Of a stretch of DNA of 64,000 bases, positions 39,317 to 50,595 are shown piece after piece. The notes below the pieces were generated by a model, which worked only from the letters and a program-made list of their open reading frames with translations, searched no databases and was not told the origin of the DNA. Source of the DNA: Camelus dromedarius (taxonomy: Eukaryota); the NCBI RefSeq assembly GCF_036321535.1, contig NC_087436.1:111168001-111232000 (forward strand), read 5' to 3'. The first letter of the stretch is position 1. The number at the start of each line of letters is the position of its first letter. Made by a program: the position numbers and the translations under genes.

Positions 39317-39545
39317 CATTAACCACCGGGCATTCATCATCTTTGGGATCCTGAAGGCGTGAAAGAGCAAGAACTGCCTGTATCCTTACATTTGGAATTT
39401 TATCTTTCAATCTAATAAGCATGGCTTCATTAATTTCATCAAACAAATCATCATCAATCTGGGCATTTTCTGGCATATTTCCCAAGAGCTTGTTTATGAG
39501 CTGGCACACTCTAAATCTAACTGCATTGCTGTTTGCCTCATGAGA
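39317..39545 (-). CDS. NCAPG: NCAPG exon 3
   Basis: tttag|SHEANSNAVRFRVCQLINKLLGNMPENAQIDDD...DECPVVN, G|gtatgt; 229 nt. Confidence 0.95.
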
Positions 39546-40050
39546 CTAAAACACAAACAAATCAAAATTATTACAAGTCACATAATATTACTAAATAATG
39601 ACATAACATTTGAATTCTGTACGTTTAGGATTTAAGAAGTTACAGTTCATTCCTTGCAGAGAAACTATGTTACCTTGATCCATATGTATACTACATACAC
39701 ATAATACAAAATCTCAAAATATACACAGTTCAAAGTAGTTGCTAAATTACAAGAGCGTATTCCTCTTTTCAGGAATTCTTACTTTACTTCTAAAATAGAG
39801 AACTCATTTAAAACAAATGTATGTAAGAACTGGTTTAGAATGGTCATTAAAAATTTAATGCTGGAGTTATTTAAAAAGTTCACCTTTCAATCTTAATGAC
39901 AGTTCTAATATTTCCTACAAAAAGAAGATCCATTCAGACATTTTCTCAATTACCAGATATTTCATTCTCTAAAATATACAAACTCCCATGGCTCTTTTAA
40001 AATAGTAAAATTTTCTACAATATTTCCCCAAAGTTCTAGTTTTCATATAC

Positions 40051-40254
40051 CTTTAACAGAAAAGTGAACAAAAAATTTAAAATGCCACCATCTTTCTCTT
40101 CCTCATCATCTTCCATATCTGACTGGTGAAATGAGGTAACAAACTTGGCTGCAAATTCTATTACTCTCTCCACAGCTGGTTCTCGTTTATAGACCACCAT
40201 AGCATATTTAAGGTAATGAACAAACTCCTCGTGAAAATCTGTTTTGTCATGCAT
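40051..40254 (-). CDS. NCAPG: NCAPG exon 2
   Basis: tcag|MHDKTDFHEEFVHYLKYAMVVYKREPAVERVIEFAAKF...FLFTFLLK|gtat; 204 nt. Confidence 0.95.
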
Positions 40255-41184
40255 CTGAAAGACAAAAACTCTTCACAAACTGCATACACAAAATCCTTTT
40301 TTGCTCAGCTTTACCAGAGTTAAGCCAGTAGAAACACTAGCCATAACTTAAACAAACTAAAATCATTATTTAGTAAACTCTCAGTTATCCATATCATCAA
40401 AAGAAAAATTAATTTGCACGAATTTCTCTCCATAGAAATTTACTATTCCCAGGGAGTAAACAAACCTGAATTCTGACAGTGAAAAGACTCCTCTGATTTT
40501 TTTCAATATCCTTGAATTCTCAATACAATGCCTTGGTATCAGTTTAGTAAAAATCTAATTCTTCATTAACAACCCTAAATCAACAATGGCTTTAATATTT
40601 TGTCATATTTACCCTTAATGTTACACAGCAATTTCCTTTTGACCAACTTTCACATCCTATCTCATATCCTCAAGCCCTGTTACACTGACTTACAATTTTT
40701 CTTGGACTTCAAAATAATTTATTTTCCTGAAATTCATTGTCCTACTCTTCTCAAGGCTCCATTCAAAACGAAACAGTATTTACATTACTAGAGAGGAACC
40801 AGGTCCTAATGATTAATTTGCTAATTGGTGATTGATTCAATTAAACCGTGGGGCGAGATTAGTTATTTGACGTGGGCGGTGACCTGAGGGAAAAACAATC
40901 GCCCAGCCACTGGGTTCAGGGTCCACCCTGCGGCCCTGCACTAGGCGCCGGTCTCCATCCCAATTCACCGCCCGACAGAGAATTAACGGTCCGTGCCGGA
41001 GGCCGCCAGGGAGAAGGGGGTGCCCGGGAGACCTCGGGCAAGTTGCCAGATCTCTCCTAACCGGGTCAGGAAGGTTACATAGCTTGGAGTTCTGGTTCGT
41101 GGAGCCCAGAGGGTCAAGGGAAGCCGCCGGGAGAGGCCGAGCCAGGAACGGGCGGCGGCGGCGGAGGTCCGGCACCGCGCTTAC

Positions 41185-41295
41185 CGAGCCGTAGGTGCGG
41201 CTGAGCGCCACCACCAGCTTCGCCTGGTTCTGGTGTGGCTGCTGCGCCAGCTGGAAGGCCTCCTTAATCGACAACAGTTTCTTTTCCGCCCCCAT
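41185..41295 (-). CDS. NCAPG: NCAPG exon 1 (coding part)
   Basis: Kozak gccATGG; MGAEKKLLSIKEAFQLAQQPHQNQAKLVVALSRTYGS|gtaag; 111 nt. Confidence 0.96.
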
Positions 41296-41431
41296 GGCGC
41301 CGGGACCCTGGCGGGATGAAGCCTATCCGCGCTCGGCTGCAGCAGGCCCGACTGACCACCGTCAGAATCTCCACAAAGACGCTTCAGAATCCGTTCAGCG
41401 GGCAGCCGAGGGCGTGGCTACCGCCAGAGCG

Positions 41432-41447
41432 TTCAAATAACTCCCGC
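41432..41447 (-). promoter_or_regulatory. CDE/CHR tandem element (DREAM/MMB-FOXM1 type)
   Basis: The minus strand reads GCGGGA-GTTA-TTTGAA: GC-rich element, 4-nt spacer, canonical CHR. Confidence 0.7.
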
Positions 41448-41527
41448 GGGAGAAGGAAATACCGCGAGATTGCCGTGAGAGCGTAGAGAGACGAGATGGA
41501 GCCACCCTCTTCAACATCGCCGTTTCG

Positions 41528-41537
41528 ACGCATGCGC
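41528..41537. promoter_or_regulatory. NRF1-like motif
   Basis: acgcatgcgc, close to GCGCATGCGC. Confidence 0.55.
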
Positions 41538-41605
41538 TTAGGGTCTTTTAAACGGCTTTCCGGGTGGGAAGTGGCATTTCTAGGAGAAGGGGGGTGTTGG
41601 CTCCC

Positions 41606-41614
41606 CCGGAAGTG
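41606..41614 (+). promoter_or_regulatory. ETS/GABPA motif
   Basis: Exact CCGGAAGTG. Confidence 0.6.
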
Positions 41615-42504
41615 GTGTCGGCAAAGGGTGCGAGGCCGACTGCGGTCCTACTGTTGGAACGGAGATGGTGCCGCGAGGCCTGGCCAGGTCTTGCGGCTGG
41701 GTGTGAGGCGAGGAAGAAGAAAGGATCCTCCATGGGTGAGAACAGGGAATCTGCTGAGGGGAAGAATCCCTGCTCCCGCTGAAGGGGAGGAGGGGTTTGT
41801 TCGGAGATGCATCGAGAAGGGAAAGAGGGCGCGCTGAAGTGCTGGGCAGCGGCCCGGCTTCTACTGCTGAGGGGGAAGTTCCCGGGTCGGCTGAGGGGGC
41901 GTTCTCAGGTCTCCACATGGAGGCTGGCCACTGGCTCTTTAAGCCTTGGGTCCGCGGTTGCTGCAGGGCCTACAGACGAGGGAGGCAGTCTGGGAACCGC
42001 CGCGAAGAGAGGCACGAGTTAATTTTGATACAGTTTGTTCTAGATGTACCAGCTTTCGAAGCCTAGTTTACAAAAGTGCATAACGACAGCGTTTTCAACA
42101 AAGAACATAGAATGCTAAAAGGTTTAGAGTAGTGGTCGGGATAAATTCGGAGTACCTTCCAGCAGGAACTAAATCTTTAAACTTTTTTAATGGAATTATA
42201 CCATACAAAAACCAACGTCTCAATACTCTGAGCCAGCTAAATAAATAGATTATAAAGCCATCTGTATGCCTTTTTTCCTATTGAACTACCTTCCCTCCCA
42301 GTAGTAATGGATTTTCTGAATTTACTGTTAACTTTTATGTGTTAACGACAAGAATAGATCTCTGAATAAGTATATTATTGTTTTCATGTTCCAACATTAT
42401 ATAAATAATCATGTATACTACTTGCTTTTTTCAGTAAGTATAATTTTTGAGATTTATTCATATTGATACTTTTATAGCAATAACTTAACACCTTATGGAC
42501 CCTT

Positions 42505-42905
42505 TGTTGAGGAAAAATTAATCAATGGTTGATCTAAGAAAGAAATGGAGAATTTTAGTCAAGCCAACCTGAGGCTGATAACCTGGGAGGTAGTCTTTCA
42601 GGAAGCTCTGAGCTGACTTTTAGCCGTCTAAGCACAGTTATATACATTTTTGAGACAAAGAGTTAATGCTTCAAATGATGCATTGTTGACTGTACACAAT
42701 CCACATCTACAAATACAAAGGGCATAGTGCGTCATGCGTCATGTGACCTCTTGCAATATTAAGAAGGAAGGTTATTTCCTAACGAGGTCTAGTTAATGCA
42801 GATACACAACACACACTAAAGAGGAGAGAGACCCAAAGAGGCAGAGAAGAATTTTATGTTTAAATTTTTCTTGTCCCGCCATAAAATACGAATTTTATTT
42901 CATCA
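42505..42905 (-). mobile_element. Solo ERV LTR (~400 bp), apparently inserted into a MIR
   Basis: TG...CA termini (minus strand TGATGAAAT...CCTCAACA), TATATAA on minus at 42638-42644, LTR-like 3' end; TSD imperfect (cctt/ccaa). Confidence 0.6.
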
Positions 42906-43349
42906 CCAAATATGCCAGAGGCTGTTTTAAGGACTTTACCCTGCTTAATCCTTACAAACAAAGCCTGTAAGGTAATGTCTTTCTCCTTTTAAGGAGAGGA
43001 AACTGAGATACAGGTAGGTTTCTTTAGTATTCTGTTGTATTAATACACCATAATTTATTTGTCCACTCTCTTGCTTCATAGTCCTAATTCCTGAAACATT
43101 ATAGATATTCAAATGCTAGTTAAAATAAAAAATATGGTAGCAGTTGGGTTGCCCATAATTTCAAAATTATCAAGATATCTAATTTCTGAAAAGGCAAGCG
43201 GGGTGGATGTTTTAGGTTGATCACCTAGAGGGAAAGCATAGAGGTTTAAGAATGCGTGGAATATACTGATAATGTTTATAATCTCACCATAGCTAAAAAT
43301 ATAGAATGTCTAGACAGCTGTGATGAAAGAAACCTAGAAAGGGCATTAA

Positions 43350-43532
43350 TTTCTTAACCAAGTATATTTGAAATATCATTTTAACAGGTAATCAACATAA
43401 ATTATTGATGAGATCATTTACGTTATTTTTTTCCCTACTAAGTCTTTGAAATTGGATGTTATTTTATACTAGCCACATTTCAGGTGCTCAATAGATACAT
43501 GGGGCTAGTGGCTACAGTATTGGATAGTATAG
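43350..43532 (+). mobile_element. MER33/MER3-like fragment
   Basis: tagccacatttcaggtgctcaatagatacatggggctagtggctacagtattggatag. Confidence 0.65.
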
Positions 43533-43884
43533 AACTGTTCTTACTTTGGGAACCATTGTATGTTCCGTTTGTTTTTCATGTAAAATCAATTGGTGAACTA
43601 AAAATTAGAATAAACTAATATTTGGAGGCATTTTCTTACTTTGTGGCCTTTATGCTCAGCTCTGTGCTTTGGGTGCCTGCTACCTTTGTTGCTTTGTTTA
43701 ACTCAAATTTCTAACAATATTATTTCCTTTACCATATTTTATTTGTCTGTCTCACCACAACAACAGGTGACTTAATACCATTTTGTCAGTTACTGAAAGA
43801 TGAGGCATCTGGCCACCAGAGGTCAGCCTAACTTTTTATTAGCTTTGGAGTGAGGAGGATTAATAACATGTAAAGATACTCGAT

Positions 43885-44935
43885 TACAAAAATGGGAGTC
43901 TTTGAAACGGGAGAAACTATTTGTAAACCGTATATCCCATAAGGGGTTAATAGAAAGTATATATAAGGATCCATACAATTCAATAGCAAAAAAAACCCCA
44001 AATAACCCAATTAAAAAATGAGCAAAGGACCTGAATAAATGTTTTTCCAAAGAATGCATACAGATGGCCAACAGGTATATGAAAAGATGCTCAACATCAC
44101 TAATCCTCAAGGAAATTCACATCAAAACCACATTAAGGTATCACTTCACACCTATGAGGATGACTGTTATCAAAAAGTCAAAAGATAACAAGTGTTGGTG
44201 AGGATGTTGAGAAAAGAGGGCCCTTATACATGTTGGTGGGAAACAGTATGGAGGTTCCTTAAAAAAACAAAAATAGAACTGTCATATGGTCCAGGAATCC
44301 CACTTTTTGGTATATATTCAAAGGAAATAAGATACTGTCTCAGATATATCTGTGTTCCCATGTTTATTGCAGCATTATTCACAGTGGCCAAAATACAGAA
44401 ATTATCTTAAGTGTCCATCAATCAACTAATGGATAAAGAAGATATGATATTTATATATACACACAATTCAGTTTTTAAAAAGAAGGAACTCCTGCAATTT
44501 CCAACAACATAAGTCAATCTGGAGGACATTATGCTAAGTGAAATACACTAGATACAGAAAGACAAATGCTGTGTGATCCTACCTATATGTGGAATCTTAA
44601 AATGTTGAACTCATAGTAACAAAGAGTAGAATGGGAAATATCAGTGGCTGGGGAATGGGGAAAATAGGCAGATGTTTGTCAAAGCATACAGACTTTCTGG
44701 AGACCTAAGGTACATCATAATGACTATAGTTAATAATTATGTATATTTGAAATTTGCTGAGGTTAGGTCTCAAGTGTTCTCACCATGTGCAAAAGAAAGT
44801 ATCTGTGAGGTGATGGATATGTTAATTGGCTTGATTGTGGTAATCATATCACAGTGAATACATAATCAAAACACATTGTACATGTTAAATATATGCAATT
44901 TGTCAATCCTACCTCAATAAAACTGGTTTTTAAAA
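43885..44935 (+). mobile_element. L1 (L1MA-like) ORF2 end and 3'UTR
   Basis: cagatggccaacaggtatatgaaaagatgctcaacatcactaatc...tacctcaataaaactgg. Confidence 0.85.
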
Positions 44936-44994
44936 AAAGACACTGTATTAAACCCACTGCCTTTAGCTTACCTGTGTCTTGACTTTTCTTTCAG

Positions 44995-45143
44995 TGCTAT
45001 AGGGGAAAAGAACACATAGTAGCAACTGTGAGAATCAGTCTCTTCCTGTCCTTGGTAAACTTAGTTGAAGAAATGACAAAACTAAAGAATTTGTATAGTA
45101 AGGCTCTTTAGTTCTGAAATTACAGAAGAATCATTCTTTCAAG
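44995..45143 (+). other. DCAF16: Candidate non-coding 5'UTR exon of DCAF16
   Basis: Unique sequence between repeats, bounded by cttttctttcag| and AAG|gtaaat; the acceptor position is uncertain. Confidence 0.35.
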
Positions 45144-46150
45144 GTAAATTATACACGGGACTATATAAATAAGTGATTAATTCAGTTTTGATATGAGGAT
45201 ATGATGTACATGGAATGTTAAAGAGAAATGGTGATGGATTCACTCTAGAATTTACATATGCCTTCAAAGAGACTTTTTCTTATTTCTGCTAAAAAAAAAA
45301 GTAGAGTAAGCCTTTAAAGAATGCTTTGAGTAGCACAATAATGGAAATACAGCCAGTTAATCTTGCAAATGGAATCTGGTTGAAATGAAATTAGTAAAAA
45401 TATAAGAGGACAGAAGAATTAAAAGCTAACACCTTGTCTCAATAAAAATCTTACGATACGTTTTCAGTTTTCTTTTTGCTTTCAGGATGAACTAGGTAAT
45501 ATTATAAACTTTTGAAAGTATTTGCATTTGTGTTCTTAAAGATGAAGTTATAAGCAATTCCCTTTATATTGCTTTAGTAGCATTATCTTTGTTAATCCTG
45601 TTTTTAAAAATTGTTTCATTTGTCTTTATACAACATACTACCAAATCACCTAAATATAATTTGAGAATTTTTGTCTCCCTAGAACAAAAGTAAAACACTT
45701 GTGTAGTTACTTACAGCAGGCCTTCATCATTCTCTTATTTAATTTTTTCAAAACATTGTGCTAATCCCATAATAAGTGCCAGAAACTGCTGAGAACTGAA
45801 TAAGATAAAAGAATGAGTAGAAGCCTGAGAAATATTCTTTGGAAAAATATTACTGACATGAAGCCCTATCATATGACATCAGTGTGTATTTGAAACTAAA
45901 GGTGTTTACTGACTTTCATTTTGGAAATCATTTCTGCAGCATGGCGTAAGTGGGAAGTTGGTATTTATTTTTGCTTTTTTCGTTTAGACCTATGCCTTTA
46001 GTTTATCCATGTTGCTATGTATACTTCTAATGTCCTTTTACCACCTGTTGCCTCTGTACTCTTCCAGTGATTGAAACTTAGAATGCTTCTAATTCTTTAC
46101 CATCAAAGATGAAACTTCAGGATACATATTGGTCTTATGGAGAATTTCTC

Positions 46151-46156
<6 letters not shown>

Positions 46157-46201
<45 letters not shown>

Positions 46202-46216
46202 TATATATACATACAC
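46157..46216. repeat. (TA)n(CA)n compound microsatellite
   Basis: Read directly from the sequence. Confidence 0.9.
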
Positions 46217-48786
46217 CCAAGAGTAGGATTGCTGGATCGTGAGATGTGCAAATAGTTAGTCTGGCTAAGTAGTGCTGTTAGATTGCTCTTCAGAAAGGTT
46301 ACCCCAGTGTTATAATCCCACCAGCATTGCTGGTTCCTAGAGTTCCTTTAGTCCCCTCACTAATAGTTGGCGTTGTCCAGCTTTCTAGTTTTTACCAAAA
46401 TAGTAAAGCAATGTGATATCTCTTAACTCATATAGTTAATGGCCTATGGATTTTCTTTCCCTAAAATTGGATATTTTTGTCCTTTGCCCATTTCTTTATT
46501 GAGATTGCTACCATTTTTGTTGTTGACTTATAGTTAACTTTGTTCTCAATGTCTTCAGTTCAATCCAGAAATGGTTGACTTTGTTGTGATTGAATTCATC
46601 ATATTTTGGTGTTGTGCTTTATGTTTTTGTTTTTGTTTTTTAATTTAAGAAGTCCTTCCTTGGCCCTAGGTCACAAAGATATTCTCCTGAATTACAGTCT
46701 ATTAACTATATAGTTTTACCATTCTTATTTGGGTCTTTAATCCATCATGAGTCCTCCTTTGTATGTGGCATTATACAGCTATACAGTTTTATTTTTTTTC
46801 ATATGAGCCAGTTTTATCAATATTATGTACTAAATACGTTCATTCCCCCTTGATTTATGTGCTAACTTTATTGTATACTTCATTCTAAAATTGTCTGTGG
46901 CTCTGTTTCTGAGCTTTGTTCCATTGGACTGTTTGTTCTTAAACACTAATTCCACACTTTTAATTTCTGTAACTTCTGTAATATGAGTTAATATCTTGTA
47001 CGCCAAGAACCCCCTTTACTCTTCTGTTTAAATAATTGGTTTAGTTATATGTGGAATTTTATTCTTAACATACTGGGATTGTATAAATTAATTTAGGAAA
47101 ACGTTATCTTTATAATATTAATTTGTTCCATCCAAAAGCATGGAATGTCTATTTTAAATCATGTGTTCTTGATTAGAATTTTACAGTCTTCTTCATAGAC
47201 ATCTTACATATTATTAATTAGTTCTTAAATCCTTTACAGGTTTGGTGTGATTTTTTTTTTCTTCCTCTATTGTAAATGTGATTTATGTAATACATTTTAT
47301 GCTTGCTATTGCTAGTATAGAAGTTAAGAGTGCCTGGGGGTCAAATCCTGACCCTTATCACTGGATAGGTAGCTTAAACCTCATGTATAAAATGGGAACA
47401 ATGAAAGTGCCTTTCTTAAAGGATTGTTAGGAGAATTTTAAGTGAGTTAACATTTGTGCAGTTCCTAGAATAGTACCTGGCAAAAGTAAGTGCCATATAA
47501 AAACTTAATGAATATTCATAGGTTAATCTCAGATCCAGGACCTTTGTTGAGCTCTTTTATTAGGTCTAATAGTTTATATGTTTTTTTTAATATTAGATGA
47601 CCATATCATCTGTAAATCAGTAGTTTTATCTCTTCTAGTTCTTACACTTTTTTTTAAGGGATTATATCTAAAGGTTCTCATTTAGGATAATATTTCCTGA
47701 AAGTTTTTGCTAGATAATTTTTACCGAATTGAAAAAGTAATTTTCTCTCCCTAGTTTGGTAAGAGTATTTTATATTTTAAGGCATGGATAGGTGTTGATC
47801 AAATACTAAGAAAGGTTAAATATCCACAGTTGATAAAATTATCTGATTTTTTCACTTTATTTTGTTACTGTGGTGACTTATATTTATACATTTTATGAAG
47901 TTGAGGTAGTCTTGCTTTCCTAGGATAAGCTCTACATGATATAATAAGATTCTTTTTTCTTTAATGCAGTATTAGATTTTGTTAGGTAATATTTAACATT
48001 TTTGCAAGTGAAATGAGCCTATACCTTTGCTATTTGCTTCATCTCTAGATTTGGAATTAATGTTTTATTATCTTCATAAAAAGAGCTAGTAGTTTTATGC
48101 TTTTTTTTCTGGAATAGTTTATATAAAATACGTATTAATTTCCTTGGAAGTTCAGTGGAACTCACTTATAAAACCATTTGCACTTGTTTTTCATAGGAGG
48201 TTGTTACCTTTCCAGTTTCCTTAATACTTTCTTGTTTTATTCAAATTATTTCTTCCTGTACAAATTTTTGTATTTTATATTCTAGAATTTAGCCATTTAA
48301 TCTAGTCACATTTTATTTATATATTTTAAATGTATTTTTAATATATATATTTATTATATATGAGACATATATATTTATTATTTTTTAATCTCTTTGGGAT
48401 ATTTTTAAATCTGTTTTTTGATAAGTCTCACAAGTTTTGTTTTTCTTATTCATATTTTCAGAAAACCGTCTTTCAGTTTTATCAATCTATTCTTTTATAT
48501 ACTACTTAACTTCTGCCTTTATTATTTCCTTTCTGCTTATTTTACTGTTACTCTTTTTCATTATTTTGAATTAAATGGTTAGCTTGTGGATATTTAAGCT
48601 TCTTTGTTTCCTGATCAATGTATTCAAAGACATAAATTTCTTCTACATACTGGTTTGGCCATGCCCCACAAATTTTTCCTTGTAAGGTTATATTATTATT
48701 CAGTTTTAATATTTAATATCTTTTATGGTTTCCATTTTATTAACCCATGAGTTATTTAATTTCTATCCCAACATAGGATTCCTTTT

Positions 48787-48852
48787 AAAAACTTTTTATT
48801 TTAACCTTTTTTTTTAATTAAAGTATAGTCAGTTTACAATGTTGTGTCAGTT
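48787..48852 (-). mobile_element. Extremely truncated L1 tail with ~17-bp TSD
   Basis: T-rich tail plus aattaaagtatagtcagtttacaatgttgtgtcagtt, between aacataggattcctttt (48770) and aacataggattactttt (48853). Confidence 0.8.
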
Positions 48853-49973
48853 AACATAGGATTACTTTTAACTAACTTTTGATACCTACTTTTATTGCAT
48901 TATGGTAAGAGATTTTAGTCTGAATGAAATTGACCCTTTAAACTTATAATACCTTATAACCTAATGCATGAACTATTTGTGCATGTGTGTGTATATGTCT
49001 GTACTCAAAAATCTATTCTGTTTGTTGTAGAGTTCTGTAAAATTAAATGATACCTAAAATATATTAATATTTTAACTTTTTCAGAATGCTTATATCTCTG
49101 CTTATATTCCCCCCTGAGTTCTGTCAGTTGTTACTTGAGAAATTTTGGGGATTTGCTTTCAGGTTTATAGAGGTTTATGATGAGTACATCACTTTTATTC
49201 TTTCCTTTTACCAGTATTATTATCCATTTTTGTCCCTTATATTTTTTGACTTGAAATCTCTTTTGTTGGATATCAAGATTGCTATCCCAGCTTTATTCTG
49301 GTCCACAGTTGCGTTGTATCTTTTTTCATCTTTTTATTTTTGACATTTCTGTGTCTTTTTGCTGTAAAATGTCTTTAGTTAGCATATTATTGAATCTTGT
49401 TTTGTTAATACAGTTTGAGTGCCTGCCTTTTAATTGTGAGTTTAACATGTTTACATTCATTGTAATTCCTGCTATATTAAGATCTGCACCTGCCATCTTC
49501 TCTCATATCTGTAGAGTATGGTCACAGGACCATAGCCTCTGGGCTCCCAGCAAGAGTCCTAACATCTAGCAGCTTTACAACGTGGACAGGTCCCCTAAAA
49601 CTAATCCCAGCAGGCACATCTAAGGGTAAAAAATATACCTTGTATAGCTCCCTATTTGGAGTTTGGGCATAAGGGATCTGCTTTTGCAGAAGTAATTTTC
49701 CAAGCTAGAACTGCATAATCCAAAACAAACTGGCCCAGATATGTACCAGCAAAGGATTAAAGTGGCCCCACGCTCTCTTTTTCCAATGTTGTGTTGGTAG
49801 GAGCCATTCCCAGTAGAAAAATCTGCCTGAGCCTATGTGCTAGAGATGGGAAAGCCAACAAGGCTTCTTGTTTAGTATCTCTGTCCTTGGATACTTTATT
49901 AAGTTAGATGGATAATAATGTTACCCAGTGCATTCAGGCTTTAATATCATGTCTCTAGTCTTCTCATTCACAG

Positions 49974-50595
49974 GTTAAGGCTACCTTTCCAGATAGTCCA
50001 ACAACTAAGTCACCAGTTTCCTAAGGCATTTGCACCACCTATGGAAAACATCGGATCCGTGCATACCAGACAGATCCTTGGCAACTCATCCCACCGTCCC
50101 CCTGCACAAAAGTTGCTGCACCAGCGGACAAAGAAGGCGACCACTGAGTTTCTTTCTATTACCAACTAGATATAATATCCCTGCCAACAAAACAGAGCAC
50201 ACAAAGTGTCTCTTCATAATATCACAACCAACTGAGACCACACTAAGAAAATCAACTTGCCTAGAAGAAGACCCCTTCTCTTAGGTAGCCAGGATTTGAA
50301 GGGAGAGACTCTGACCTGTGCCACTGGTAAGTGACTAACTTTTACACGCTGAACTGGTCCTGAGAACTGAGATATCTTCTTTGTAAGTGAAGAATTAACA
50401 ACATAATCTTGAAGAACTGCACAGTGGTGTGAGCCAGAGGCATACTGTGTGTGTGTGATGGACTGAGAAACAGACAAATGAATCTTATTGAAAGGATGTC
50501 TCCTCTTTTGTTTCTATTTTCCAGTGTTAGTGTTGTGCTGGCTTAGATTGTTACCTTTTTCTGGTACCTTTTTTTCTTACTGTTTTTCTATTCTG
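49974..50595 (+). other. DCAF16: DCAF16 last-exon 5'UTR (inferred)
   Basis: Acceptor tcttctcattcacag|GT, 622 nt upstream of the ATG; unique, non-repeat sequence. Confidence 0.55.

Larger units (their letters stand above)
4928..41295 (-). other. NCAPG: NCAPG gene span (21 coding exons, 3048 nt CDS, 1015 aa condensin I subunit G)
   Basis: Exons traced by hand with consistent phases; translation runs MGAEKKLLSIKEAF...KLNLAQFLSEDES* with no internal stop seen. Confidence 0.97.
40850..42020. promoter_or_regulatory. CpG island / bidirectional NCAPG-DCAF16 promoter
   Basis: Abrupt high GC and CpG density around NCAPG exon 1; head-to-head gene arrangement. Confidence 0.9.
45990..49500 (-). mobile_element. 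Ancient L1 (L1M-type) fragments with embedded MIR and microsatellite
   Basis: T-rich antisense L1 motifs (ggattgctggatc, accatatcatctgtaaat, gctatcccagctttattctg). Confidence 0.65.

Noticed and set aside
40837..42066. Several overlapping 60-150 aa ORFs on both strands
   Set aside because: Expected from stop-codon scarcity in a CpG island; only 41185-41295 is supported as coding.
50030..50284. 84-aa TTG-initiated ORF in the DCAF16 leader
   Set aside because: Non-AUG start and no homology; the AUG-initiated 42-codon uORF in another frame is the better candidate.
50488..50595. 36-aa hydrophobic N-terminal extension of DCAF16 in the ORF track, resembling a signal peptide
   Set aside because: It starts at TTG and translates a T-rich polypyrimidine tract and splice acceptor. 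The recognisable protein begins at ATG 50596.
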